A stretch of DNA of 64,000 nt from an uncultured Verrucomicrobiae bacterium (GTDB taxonomy: Bacteria > Verrucomicrobiota > Verrucomicrobiia > Limisphaerales > JAFGQR01). Positions 53,130 through 63,099 of this stretch are shown here, one piece after another; within the stretch, counting starts at the first letter, position 1, and each line of letters starts with the position of its first letter. Where the stretch lies: assembly GCA_963788655.1 (NCBI GenBank), contig CAWBHS010000060.1, positions 96,001-160,000 on the forward strand, in the 5' to 3' direction. The position numbers and the translations under genes were made by a program. The notes under the pieces were generated by a model. The model did no database searches. It saw only the letters and a program-made list of their open reading frames with translations, and was not told the DNA's origin.

Positions 53130-55013
53130 ATGAAATCCGTGTCGAATCTTCTGCATTGGGTGGGAGCAGCCTTGCTCGCTGCTTCGTTCCTTATTGTTTC
53201 CAATACGCAGGCCCAGGAAGGCTATCTCTCTCCTTCGGCTCTGGCCGCATCAAACGACGGCAAAACTCTGTACATCGCTGGTGCCACGGCGGGGAAAGTC
53301 TTAGTCTTCGACACGGCGAGCCGCAAAGTGACCGGTAGCGTGGCTGTTCCCGCCGCTCCGTCCGGGTTGGCGCTTTCTCCGGATGGAGCGCAACTCTTCG
53401 TCACCTGCGCGAGCCCAAACAGCCAAGTGTGTATCATTGATACGGCCGCCGGAAAGGTCACAACGATGCTTCCCGCCGGCCATACGACCATGGCCCCGGT
53501 CGTCAGTGCGGATGGCAAAACGCTGTTTGTCTGCAACCGCTTTCAAAACAACGTCAGCGTCATCGATCTGGCGGGCAAGAAAGAAGTCCGCCGCATTGCC
53601 GTCCAACGCGAACCCGTGGCCGCAGCCTTGACCGCGGATGGCAAATTCCTGCTCGTCGCCAACCACCTGCACCATGGGCGCGCCGATGCGGACGTGGTCG
53701 CAGCCGCGGTCAGCGTCATTGACCCCGTCGCCGGCAAAGTCGTTAAGGAACTGCCATTACCCAACGGCTCCGGCTTGCTGCGCGACATTCGCGTGTCACC
53801 CGACGGCAAATACGCGGTGGTCACCCACGTCCTGGCCCGGTTTCATCTCCCCACCACCCAATTGGAGCGCGGCTGGATGAACACCAACGCCAAGACCATC
53901 ATTGACCTCGCCAGCTTGAAAATTGTGAACACTGTCCTCTTGGACAACGTGGACAGTGGCGCCGCTGATCCCTGGGGCGCTGCCTGGACCGCTGACAGCA
54001 AAACTGTGGTTGTCGCTCATTCCGGCACGCACGAAATCAGCGTCATTGATTTTCCCGGACTGCTGGCCAAGCTGGCCAAGCTGCCGGAGAAGCCCGACGA
54101 AACCAAAGCTTACGATTACACCGCCGCCTCGCGCATCCAGGCCGACGTGCCCAACGATCTGTCGTTTCTCGTGGGCGTGCGCCGCCGCATCCGGTTGCCC
54201 GAATCGGATCGTGGACCGCGGGCCGTGGTCGTCATTGGCACAACCGCCTACGTGGCGAATTATTACTCCGACAATCTGACCGCCATTGAATTCTCCACTG
54301 AATACGTAAAACCGGTTTCCATTTCGCTCGGCTCCACCAAGACCATGGACGTGGTGCGCGCGGGCGAATACTATTTCAATGACGCCGGACTCTGTTTCCA
54401 GGGCTGGCAAAGCTGCGGCAGTTGCCATTCCGAAGACGCGCGGGTGGACGCGATGAACTGGGACTTGCTGAACGACGGCATCGGCAACCCCAAAAACTCG
54501 AAGTCTCTCCTGCTCGCCTTTGACACGCCGCCCGCCATGAGCCTGGGCGTCCGTGATGACGCGGCGACAGCGGTGCGGGCCGGCATCAAACACATTTTGT
54601 TCACGGTTCAGCCCGACGATGTGGCCAATTCGCTCGATGCGTATGTAAAATCACTCAAACCCATCCCCAGTCCGCTGTTGGAAAAGGGGCAACTCTCTCC
54701 TGCCGCCCTGCGGGGTCGCCACTTGTTTGACAATCCGGAAGTCGGCTGTGCCCAGTGTCACCCGGCGCCGCTGTTCACCACCAAGCAACGTTACGATGTT
54801 AATACGCACAGCCAATACGATCGCGAAGTGCGGGAATTCGACACGCCAACACTGGTGGAAATGTGGCGCACCGCCCCGTATTTGCACGACGGTTCGGCCG
54901 CCACCGCTCGCGACGTGCTCACCACGCGCAACATCGATGACAAACACGGCAAGACCTCCCATTTGTCCGCGCAGCAGCTCGACGATCTGGTTGCCTATCT
55001 CCTTTCACTCTAA
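53130..55013 (+). CDS. Secreted YVTN/YncE-type beta-propeller fused to a di-haem cytochrome c (CCP/MauG-like) domain
   Basis: Signal peptide; propeller repeats (LALSPDG, VSADGKTLFV, LTADGKFLLVAN); haem motifs CGSCH and CAQCH; DTPTLVEMWRTAPYLHDGS. Confidence 0.88.
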   Translation: MKSVSNLLHWVGAALLAASFLIVSNTQAQEGYLSPSALAASNDGKTLYIAGATAGKVLVFDTASRKVTGSVAVPAAPSGLALSPDGAQLFVTCASPNSQVCIIDTAAGKVTTMLPAGHTTMAPVVSADGKTLFVCNRFQNNVSVIDLAGKKEVRRIAVQREPVAAALTADGKFLLVANHLHHGRADADVVAAAVSVIDPVAGKVVKELPLPNGSGLLRDIRVSPDGKYAVVTHVLARFHLPTTQLERGWMNTNAKTIIDLASLKIVNTVLLDNVDSGAADPWGAAWTADSKTVVVAHSGTHEISVIDFPGLLAKLAKLPEKPDETKAYDYTAASRIQADVPNDLSFLVGVRRRIRLPESDRGPRAVVVIGTTAYVANYYSDNLTAIEFSTEYVKPVSISLGSTKTMDVVRAGEYYFNDAGLCFQGWQSCGSCHSEDARVDAMNWDLLNDGIGNPKNSKSLLLAFDTPPAMSLGVRDDAATAVRAGIKHILFTVQPDDVANSLDAYVKSLKPIPSPLLEKGQLSPAALRGRHLFDNPEVGCAQCHPAPLFTTKQRYDVNTHSQYDREVREFDTPTLVEMWRTAPYLHDGSAATARDVLTTRNIDDKHGKTSHLSAQQLDDLVAYLLSL

Positions 55014-55026
55014 GCTACCCGCCGCA

Positions 55027-56253
55027 ATGCCAGTCCGTTCCTCTCTCACACGCAAACGCTCGTTCGCCGTCGGCCCCTCTCAAATCATCAGCCGGGAACA
55101 ACGGCCCGGCTTGGATGCCACCTTGGTCAAACGCGGGCGCGTGCGCGAACTGCACCTCACCCTGCGGCCGCTTCCCGGCGAAACCCTCAGCGCGCTGTTG
55201 GGCCGGTTGAAAAAGGTCTTGGACAAACACCAGACCACCATTGTCAAACAGGACATCTTCGGCGCGCTCACGGCGTACAAAGGCACGGTACGCGCGGTGA
55301 AACAAACGTTTGGGCAACTTGCTTGGCCATTAACCTGGCTGGACGGGGCGGATTGTCAGGGCAGTCGGATCGCGGGCATGCAATTGCTGGCCATCAAAGG
55401 CGCCGAACTTGAACCGCTCGTTCTCGATGACCACCAGGTCGGTAACGTGTATCACGACGGCGCCGCCCGACACTGCTTTCTCGGTGACCTGACGGCGGCG
55501 AACGTCACCCAATCCCCGGCGCAACAAGCCAAGCGCGCTTATGCCAACCTGGAAACAGCGCTCAAACTCGCGGGCATGAACATGACCCATCTGGTGCGTA
55601 CCTGGCTGTTCCTGAAAGACATCCTGGCGTGGTATGACAAATTCAACAAGGTGCGCAGCGATTTCTATCGCCAGAAGAAAGTGATTGGAACTCTCGTGCC
55701 GGCCAGCACCGGCGTCGGCGCGTTGAATCCATGGGACGCTTCGATGGTCATCGGCGCCTGGGCCGTCCAACCGCTGAGTGATTCCGTAACGGTCTCTGAA
55801 GTCGCCTCCCCCCTGCAATGTCCGGCCCCGAACTACGGCAGTTGTTTTAGTCGGGCCGTCGAACTCAGTACCCCGGATTACCGCCATCTGCTGGTCAGTG
55901 GCACCGCGAGCATCGAGCCGGGTGGGCGCAGCGTCCACGACGGCGACATTGCCGCGCAGGTTGATCTGACCATGCGCGTGGTCCGGGGAATCCTCGAAGA
56001 ACGTGGCTTAAGCTTCCTGGATGTCAGCCGGGCGACGGCGTATTTCAAATACCCTAAAGACCAACCGGCCTTTGCCGATTGGTGCGCGCACAATGGCGCG
56101 GCCTTCCTGCCGGTGATTTCCACTCGAGCGGACGTGTGCCGCGATGAATTGCTGTTCGAAATCGAGATGGATGCCCTCGCCGCGCAATTGCCGGCGGCGG
56201 CAGGCCAGCCTAAGCAAAGACGCGACCGCAAGGGAACTTCCAGGTCCGCTTGA
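55027..56253 (+). CDS. Multi-domain YjgF/Rid protein, chorismatase (FkbO/Hyg5)-like
   Basis: LVRTWLFL, VPASTGVG, YGSCFSRA, LLVSGTASI, SVHDGD, ADVCRDELLFEIE. Confidence 0.75.
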   Translation: MPVRSSLTRKRSFAVGPSQIISREQRPGLDATLVKRGRVRELHLTLRPLPGETLSALLGRLKKVLDKHQTTIVKQDIFGALTAYKGTVRAVKQTFGQLAWPLTWLDGADCQGSRIAGMQLLAIKGAELEPLVLDDHQVGNVYHDGAARHCFLGDLTAANVTQSPAQQAKRAYANLETALKLAGMNMTHLVRTWLFLKDILAWYDKFNKVRSDFYRQKKVIGTLVPASTGVGALNPWDASMVIGAWAVQPLSDSVTVSEVASPLQCPAPNYGSCFSRAVELSTPDYRHLLVSGTASIEPGGRSVHDGDIAAQVDLTMRVVRGILEERGLSFLDVSRATAYFKYPKDQPAFADWCAHNGAAFLPVISTRADVCRDELLFEIEMDALAAQLPAAAGQPKQRRDRKGTSRSA

Positions 56254-56280
56254 AATCACTTCCAAATGACGAGGCGCCCC

Positions 56281-56341
56281 GTTCGGAGTCCCGCCTTCAG
56301 GCGGTTCGGGCGTCGGGCCGCCTAAAGGCGGGACTCCAAAC
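56281..56341. repeat. REP-like hairpin (GGAGTCCCGCCTTCAGGCGG family)
   Basis: ggagtcccgccttcaggcgg ... ccgcctaaaggcgggactcc. Confidence 0.7.
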
Positions 56342-56448
56342 GGGAATTTCCAATTAGGCTTTTAGCAAACTCTTGGACGCATCCAAGAATGAGATTCAGC
56401 ACACCCGGATTGAACGCTCAAGCAGCAACCAATAATCTCCGCTTCACC

Positions 56449-58509
56449 ATGAAACAAAACATCCTTCGTCTCCTGGCCGTCGCGACGCTCAGCACGGGAC
56501 TGATACCCTGCGATCTTCTCGCCGCCACCGCCGCAGCGGCTGAATCCAGCATTGATCTGCTGGCAGGGCCACTGGCCTCGGTCAAGCCGTACGCGTGGAA
56601 GCAGTTTTCCGAAGATCCGCAGACCCCGCTCGCAGACACCTGGCAATTGCTGGACGGCGTCCTCACCTGCCGCGGTACGCCCAAGGGTTACCTTTACCTC
56701 GACCATGACTTCACGGATTTCGTGCTGACACTCGAGTGGCGTTGGCCGGCAGGCAAGAAGCCTGGAAACGGCGGCGTGCTGTTACGGATCACCGGCCCCG
56801 ACAAAATTTGGCCCCGCAGTCTCGAAGCGCAACTCAACGCCGGGCAAGCGGGCGACTTCTGGGGCCTGAACGGATTCGCCCTCGAGGGTCCTTCCGAGCG
56901 CAAACAAACACTCGATAGTCCCCAATTCGGCCGGCTCACCAACTTGCGGCGCACCGCGGACCTGGAAAAGCCCGCCGGGCAGTGGAATCAATACCAGATC
57001 ATCGCGCGCGGCCCCGTTGTCACCTTGCGCGTCAATGGCCAGGAAGTGAATCGGGCCACGGGGTGTGACGTACTCGCGGGAAAAATTTGTCTGACGGCAG
57101 AAGGCGATGCAATCCAGTTTCGAAATGTGCGCTTGGAACCGCTGCCGCCACGCGAGGTTGCGGATATTCCCGCGGCTGCGAGACTCGTGACATACCCCGC
57201 CCCGGAAGGCGAACCATTGTCTGCCGATTATCAAGTTTGGGCGAACGGCCAGAAAGTGGACGTCTATACCGCCCGCGTGCTTGATCCGCCTTTCGCCGGC
57301 GAAGGCTATGACTATGGCGGTCCGTATTCGTTCGCCAACTTCGACATGGCCGGGCGGGTCGAACTGCGCATCAAGTCACCTCGCTCTTTGCGCCGCACAA
57401 TCATTCGTCCCGCCTCGTCCGTCGCGCACATAAGCAACGAAGACGATCACACGTTGCGGTTGACACTGCATGGTCCACGCAAGTTTAGCATCGAACCGGA
57501 CGGCAAGAAGGGACCGCTGTTGCTGTTCGCCAATCCGCTCGAGGAAAATCCGCCTTCGCCCAACGCGCCGGGAGTTCTCTATTTCGGTCCCGGCATCCAC
57601 CAGCCCGGAAAACTCATGCTGACAAACAACCAAACCTTGTACCTGGCCGGAGGCGCTATTGTGAAAGGCGGCGTGCTGGCGCAAGGGGAGAACATCCGCA
57701 TCGCCGGACGCGGCATCTTGGATGGTTCGGATTGGGAATGGCGCCGCGGACCCACGCCGCACGTCATCTCGATTCGCGGCACAAATATCGTGGTCGAGGG
57801 CATCACCATCCGCGGCGCCTCCCACTGGACGGTCGTTCCTCGTCACAGCCGGAACGTCACCGTGCGCGGCATCAAGCTTTGCGGTGGCCGGGTGCAAAAC
57901 GATGACGGTATCAATCCGTGCAACTCGCAGGAGGTGCTGATTACCGATTGTTTCATCCGCAGCGATGACGATTGCGTGGCGCTCAAGGGGCTCGACTTCA
58001 GCGGAGGGAACGACAACGTCGAACGCATTACGGTCGAGAATTCCGTGCTCTGGTGCGACCGGGCGCGCATCTTTCTGCTCGGCCACGAGAGCCGCGCGGC
58101 TTTCATGCGCCAGGTGACGTTACGCAACCTCGACATCATCCATTTCACCATGACGCCCTTCCTGTTCGAACCGGGCGAGGACATGCACCTCGAAGATATT
58201 CTGGTGGAAAACGTCCGCCTCCACGGCGAAGGCCAGCGGGAATTGATTCGACTCAAGCCGGTCGTGAACCAATACATGCGCAGACAAGTGCCGGGCTTTG
58301 TGCGCAACGTGCGATTTAGAAATGTGTCCGTGGAAGGCGCGCCCGGTGAATACCTCGTTCAACTTGAAGGTGCTGATGCCATGCATAACGTGCGCAATGT
58401 CACTTTCGAGAACGTTACGGTGCTCGGTCAACCCTTGGCCGTTGATCAGCAACGCGTTCGTATTGGCCAATACGTGGAAGGCGTTCAATTCACCGCCACC
58501 AAGGAGTGA
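56449..58509 (+). CDS. Secreted fusion: DUF1080 (3-keto-glycoside hydrolase-like) plus GH28-like beta-helix
   Basis: N-domain GNGGVLL, EAQL, EKPAGQWNQYQI, GKICLTAEG, IQFRNV; C-domain YFGPGIH, LYLAGGAIV, GRGILDG, NDDGINP, DDCVALK. Confidence 0.85.
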   Translation: MKQNILRLLAVATLSTGLIPCDLLAATAAAAESSIDLLAGPLASVKPYAWKQFSEDPQTPLADTWQLLDGVLTCRGTPKGYLYLDHDFTDFVLTLEWRWPAGKKPGNGGVLLRITGPDKIWPRSLEAQLNAGQAGDFWGLNGFALEGPSERKQTLDSPQFGRLTNLRRTADLEKPAGQWNQYQIIARGPVVTLRVNGQEVNRATGCDVLAGKICLTAEGDAIQFRNVRLEPLPPREVADIPAAARLVTYPAPEGEPLSADYQVWANGQKVDVYTARVLDPPFAGEGYDYGGPYSFANFDMAGRVELRIKSPRSLRRTIIRPASSVAHISNEDDHTLRLTLHGPRKFSIEPDGKKGPLLLFANPLEENPPSPNAPGVLYFGPGIHQPGKLMLTNNQTLYLAGGAIVKGGVLAQGENIRIAGRGILDGSDWEWRRGPTPHVISIRGTNIVVEGITIRGASHWTVVPRHSRNVTVRGIKLCGGRVQNDDGINPCNSQEVLITDCFIRSDDDCVALKGLDFSGGNDNVERITVENSVLWCDRARIFLLGHESRAAFMRQVTLRNLDIIHFTMTPFLFEPGEDMHLEDILVENVRLHGEGQRELIRLKPVVNQYMRRQVPGFVRNVRFRNVSVEGAPGEYLVQLEGADAMHNVRNVTFENVTVLGQPLAVDQQRVRIGQYVEGVQFTATKE

Positions 58510-58648
58510 CTTGAGTGGCAACCGAGCGACGCGTCCGGCGGGCAATGGCTGTCATGTTCATCTCTGATCGCCTCCCGCACGTTCCGCAAAATGTACCGCC
58601 GATACCAATAGCTTGCGTCCCCATAACCTCAATGTTCTGCTTCCAGCA

Positions 58649-59128
58649 ATGATTGCACGCCCGTTTATCTGGATTTACGCCCTGCTGCTAGCCGGTCTGT
58701 TCGCCGGGTGCCATACCCCCAAGGGGCCCGCGGCGGATGCGCTCGCTTCCGTGATGATTGTTGGCCGGACCCCGACGGCAATCCGCGCCACCGTCGGGCA
58801 GGTGTTCCGCGCCCATGACTACACGGTCACCAAGACGAATGAGTTCCAAGCGGTTTTCGAAAAACAAGGTTCCACGATGAATACCCTTGCCCACGGATCC
58901 TGGTCGTTCGAGCCAATGTGGATACGCGTCAAAGTAGTGATCCAATCGTTGGGCCTGAGCCGCTATCTGCTGCGCTGCGATGCTTACCTGGTCAACGACC
59001 ACGGCGACTTGGTGATGGAAGAGGAAACGAAGATCAAGAAACTCCACCGCGGGACTTACCAGAACCTGCTCGACGAAGTACAAGCCAAACTGGAAGTCCA
59101 ACCTGCCGGTGCCACACCGCCACCATAG
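58649..59128 (+). CDS. Hypothetical lipoprotein
   Basis: Lipobox LFAGC after a hydrophobic signal. Confidence 0.7.
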   Translation: MIARPFIWIYALLLAGLFAGCHTPKGPAADALASVMIVGRTPTAIRATVGQVFRAHDYTVTKTNEFQAVFEKQGSTMNTLAHGSWSFEPMWIRVKVVIQSLGLSRYLLRCDAYLVNDHGDLVMEEETKIKKLHRGTYQNLLDEVQAKLEVQPAGATPPP

Positions 59129-59173
59129 GACGGCCCCAGCGTTCGGGCCCGACCATGGCAACGGCCACCAACC

Positions 59174-59662
59174 TCATTTCGTCTGGGGCTGTTGACGGGC
59201 GCGCAAAGGAACGACCATCACCGGGCATTGGGCTTTACCGGCGACTTTCTCAACGACCTTGCCAAACAAGGCCCGCTCCATGCCGGTATGGCCCTCCCGG
59301 CCAATCACAATCAAATCAATGTTCAATTCCTCGGCCACTTCGAGAATTTTGCCGGCTTCGGATCCCACTCGTAATTCGACGTTCACTGCCAATCCCGCCG
59401 GTACCCGCCCGAGGTAGGCCGCGGCAATTTTGGCATCAATGTCCTGCCGGGCCTGATCGTCGAGGTGTTCGATTTCGTAAAGATACGATTGCCAAAACTG
59501 GGCGTCCGCTTCCGGAATCACGTGCAACAGATACAACTCGGCACCCGGCCGGGACACCGTGGCCTCGAGGGCAAATTCGAACGCATAATCGGCGCTCGCC
59601 GAAAAATCCGTGCAGAACAGGATGCGTTGAAAACGGTTTGATTCCGAAGGATCAGCATTCAT
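59174..59662 (-). CDS. Universal stress protein (UspA family)
   Basis: FQRILFCTDFS, LYLLHVI, DLIVIGREG, FGKVVEKV, CPVMVVP. Confidence 0.9.
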   Translation of the reverse strand: MNADPSESNRFQRILFCTDFSASADYAFEFALEATVSRPGAELYLLHVIPEADAQFWQSYLYEIEHLDDQARQDIDAKIAAAYLGRVPAGLAVNVELRVGSEAGKILEVAEELNIDLIVIGREGHTGMERALFGKVVEKVAGKAQCPVMVVPLRARQQPQTK

Positions 59663-59674
59663 AGCGGATTCGAA

Positions 59675-60976
59675 TTACTTGATCAGGTTGGGCAAAAACA
59701 ACGACAACTGCGGAAACGCCACCAGCAATATGGCCGCCACGACCAGGGCCAAAAGAAACGGCAGGCTCCCCTTGAAGACCGTGGGCAACGGCACATCTCG
59801 AGCCATGCCGCTGACGACATACACGTTCACCCCCACCGGCGGCGAGATCACGCCCATCTGGGTGACCAGCACGATGATCACCCCAAACCAAATCAAATCG
59901 TAGTGCAAGCCGCTCACCACCGGGTAAAAGATGGGGATGGTCAGAAGGTTCAGCGCCAGGGCGTCCACGAAACAGCCGGCCACGAAATAGAACAGAATGA
60001 TCAGCCCAATGATGCTCCACGCCGGCAGCGGCAAACCGGCCAGCCAGGTCGCCAGTTTGAACGGCACTTGAGTAACCGCGAGAAACCGACCGAAGATGAC
60101 CGCCCCGGCCACAATGGTCATCACCATGCAGGACGTGCGAAGGGTTTCGAGCAGGCACTGGAACAGCTTGGGCCAGGTGAGCTCCCGCTTCGCCAAAGCG
60201 ATTACCAGCGTGCCAGCGGCGCCAATGGCCGCAGCTTCCGTCGCCGTGTAGAACCCCATAAACATGCCACCCATGACCAGCACGAACAGCACAATGGTTT
60301 CAACCACCCCCCGGAGCGACGAGAACTTCTCACGCCACGTGGTGGGCGGGCCGGCGGGGCCGAGCTCGGGTCGGCGTTTGCAGTTAAGATAAATAGTCAG
60401 GCAAAACAACAAGGCAATCAGCAGACCGGGAATGATCCCCGCGATGAACAGTTTGCCGATGGATTGTTCGGTCAGCATCGCATAGACGATGAACACGATG
60501 CTGGGCGGAATGAGCATGCCCAGGCTGCCGCCCGCCGCCACCGCGCCGCAGGCCAGTTCCATGTTGTAGTGGTAGCGCCGCATTTCGGGGAGCGCGACCG
60601 ACGTCATGGTGGCCGCCGTCGCCGGACCGGAGCCGCAGATGGCGCCGAACGCCGTGCAGGCGCCAACGGTGGACATGGCCAGTCCCCCCGGCAACCAGCC
60701 CAGCCAATGATAGGCCGCGTTGAACAGGCCCCGGCTGATGCCCGTGTGAAAGGCGACCTGGCCCATCAGCACAAACAACGGGATGGTCGTCAGGTTGTAG
60801 GAAGAAAACGTGCCGTAGAGATCGATGCCGGCCAAGTGCAGCGCGGCCTCGGGCGATACCACCAGCGCGAAGCCCGCGATGCCCACCAACCCCATCACGT
60901 ACGCAATGGGCATGCTGCTGGCCAGTAGCACCAGCAGGAGCACAAAACCCAGCACGCTGATCTGGGTGAGCATCAT
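59675..60976 (-). CDS. dctM: TRAP transporter large permease
   Basis: TIPLFVLMG, GAICGSGPATAAT, GGSLGMLIPPS, SIGKLFIAGIIPG, ISPPVGVNVYV. Confidence 0.95.
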   Translation of the reverse strand: MMLTQISVLGFVLLLVLLASSMPIAYVMGLVGIAGFALVVSPEAALHLAGIDLYGTFSSYNLTTIPLFVLMGQVAFHTGISRGLFNAAYHWLGWLPGGLAMSTVGACTAFGAICGSGPATAATMTSVALPEMRRYHYNMELACGAVAAGGSLGMLIPPSIVFIVYAMLTEQSIGKLFIAGIIPGLLIALLFCLTIYLNCKRRPELGPAGPPTTWREKFSSLRGVVETIVLFVLVMGGMFMGFYTATEAAAIGAAGTLVIALAKRELTWPKLFQCLLETLRTSCMVMTIVAGAVIFGRFLAVTQVPFKLATWLAGLPLPAWSIIGLIILFYFVAGCFVDALALNLLTIPIFYPVVSGLHYDLIWFGVIIVLVTQMGVISPPVGVNVYVVSGMARDVPLPTVFKGSLPFLLALVVAAILLVAFPQLSLFLPNLIK

Positions 60977-61506
60977 GGCTTGATCATGGGTTGGCCGGGA
61001 CGAAGTAAATGGTAGAACGTCACCAAGACCACCAGTCCGCAGGCCAGCCCAATTACGTAGGGCACCCAGAACACGGAGATGGGCAGCGTAGGGCTGACTT
61101 CGCCGCTTTCGCGAAGCGACATTCCATAGCGCACACTCTGCCAGGCCAGCACCCCGAAAAGCCCCATCGCCAGCACGCGGATAAGGGCGTCCACGACGAT
61201 GCGGCCCCGGCGCCCCAGCTTATGGAAGAAGTACTCAATGGCCACGTGACCTTTGACCGCCGTAGTATAGGGCAGAGCGCAGGCAATGGTGAGTGCTCCA
61301 GTGATTCTTGCAACATCGTAAGCACCAGTGAGCGAAACGCGAAACAGACGCAAGACGACGTCGGCGCACGTCACCAGCATCATGATCATCAGACTGGCGC
61401 CCGCCACCACTGCCAGGATAGTCACCGGTACGCGCAACCATTGTTGGTACCGATCCAAGGCGCGTTGGAACGTCGTCGCAGACGGCGATGATTGCCGATC
61501 ATGCAT
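60973..61506 (-). CDS. dctQ: TRAP transporter small permease
   Basis: Four TM helices, DVVLR, GHVAIE; overlaps the dctM start. Confidence 0.9.
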   Translation of the reverse strand: MHDRQSSPSATTFQRALDRYQQWLRVPVTILAVVAGASLMIMMLVTCADVVLRLFRVSLTGAYDVARITGALTIACALPYTTAVKGHVAIEYFFHKLGRRGRIVVDALIRVLAMGLFGVLAWQSVRYGMSLRESGEVSPTLPISVFWVPYVIGLACGLVVLVTFYHLLRPGQPMIKP

Positions 61507-61582
61507 GGAATGATCGGTGTTGGACGGTGGCCACTTCGTAATGGATTTTGTTTAATGAAGGAACCCTGCGAACATCCGCCAG

Positions 61583-61800
61583 GTCTTGGAGTGCGGCAGT
61601 CCTCTGCCGCTTTCGATTGGCGGCAGTGCCTTCGAAAGCGGCAGAGGACTGCCGCACTCCAAGACGCTGTCGCGCCGGCGCCACCACTACGTAGGACAGC
61701 CGTCCCGGCGGTCCCGAATGGCCACAGCGGCTAAGGGAGAACGCCGCGGCACGGTGAACGTGACTGGCGAAACCGGGACAGGTGAGACGCCTGTCCTACG
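61583..61800. repeat. Two REP doublets between dctP and dctQ
   Basis: Perfect 34 bp inverted repeat gtcttggagtgcggcagtcctctgccgctttcga (61583-61616 / 61632-61665), then gtaggacagccgtcccggcggtccc (61691) / gggacaggtgagacgcctgtcctac (ends ~61799). Confidence 0.85.
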
Positions 61801-61915
61801 ATCCACCGAACATCGAACGTAAACTGCATCACCGCTCGGCATCTCATTGATTCAGCCACCGTCGCCCACTCGGACAAGCCACTTCAACACTTCAGCCTTT
61901 CGACTGATCCACCCT

Positions 61916-62962
61916 TCACTGCTTGTATTTCACCAATTCCGCCTGCACGTCGGCGAGAAACGCGGCGCCCGGCAGCTTCTTTTCAGCGGTGGCTTTCACG
62001 TAGTCGTCCAGGATCGGCTTGACCGCAGCGGTCCAGCGTTGTTCCTCGGCTTCCGGCAACGTGACGAATTGACGTTTGCGTTTTTTGACAAACTCGCGGC
62101 CTTCCTTGTCGGCCTGGTCCCAGGCTTCGCCCTGTTTCGCGATCCATTCCTCGCTGACCGCGGTGAAGATGGCCTGGATGTCGGGAGGCAATTGGTTCCA
62201 TTTGTCCTTGTTCATCACCACGAACATCGACGTGGTGTAACCAATGGCCGACGAGTCCACGACGTAATCAACCACTTCACCCTGTTTCCATCCTTTCAAG
62301 GTTTCGATGGGACAAAGCGTGGCTTCCACTACACCCTTTTGCAGTGCTTCATACGTTTCGGGTTGGGTCATGCCCAACGCAGTGCCGCCCAGCGCCCGGA
62401 CGATTTTTTCCGAGAGACCCGTGGCGCGCACCTTTAGTCCCTTGAGATCGTCCAGCGACTTGACCGCTTTCTTCGAAGCCAAAATGCCCGGGCCGTGCGC
62501 GTGCAGGTAGAGCACATGGGTGTCGGCCAGCTCGGCCGGTTTATATTTTTGCACCATCGCGTTGGCAATGCGCGTGGCGGCCAGGCCGCTCGGGTACCCC
62601 AGCGGCAGATCCAGTCCTTCCAGCAATGGAAAACGTCCCCGGGTGTACGCGAAACAGCTCATCCCGATATCGGAGATGCCCTTGACCACCCCATCATAAC
62701 ATTGCGCGGCCGGGGTCAAGGCACCGGCGGCATACACGTTGATTTTGACCCGTCCTTGGGTGCGTTTATTGATTTCCTTGGCCCAAGCCACGGCGGTCTT
62801 GCACTGAATGTGGGACGGCGGAAAAAAGATGCTGTAGGAGAGCGAGATTGTTCCGTTGGACGAGGAGTTGCCGGTTTCCTGTTTGCACGCCGTCAATCCT
62901 CCGATCAGGAGGCCAATGCCGATTGTTAAGCCGATTAGGCCACACCAATGTTTTTGCTTCAT
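61916..62962 (-). CDS. dctP: TRAP transporter substrate-binding lipoprotein
   Basis: Lipobox [53 protein letters not shown]. Confidence 0.93.
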   Translation of the reverse strand: MKQKHWCGLIGLTIGIGLLIGGLTACKQETGNSSSNGTISLSYSIFFPPSHIQCKTAVAWAKEINKRTQGRVKINVYAAGALTPAAQCYDGVVKGISDIGMSCFAYTRGRFPLLEGLDLPLGYPSGLAATRIANAMVQKYKPAELADTHVLYLHAHGPGILASKKAVKSLDDLKGLKVRATGLSEKIVRALGGTALGMTQPETYEALQKGVVEATLCPIETLKGWKQGEVVDYVVDSSAIGYTTSMFVVMNKDKWNQLPPDIQAIFTAVSEEWIAKQGEAWDQADKEGREFVKKRKRQFVTLPEAEEQRWTAAVKPILDDYVKATAEKKLPGAAFLADVQAELVKYKQ

Positions 62963-63099
62963 AAAGAATGATTTCCGCATCAAATAACTACTTTCTGCCA
63001 ATACACTCTGCCCGCCCGAATAAGCAGGTGGGACGGAGCCCTAATTTGTAATCCGATCCACTCGTGGGGTGCAACTGCTTAGCGTCAAAAATGCGAACC

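Noticed and set aside
61755..61790. cgtgactggcgaa resembling the start of a ZTP (pfl) riboswitch
   Set aside because: It lies inside a REP spacer on the antisense strand of the operon and lacks the downstream conserved stem and pseudoknot elements.
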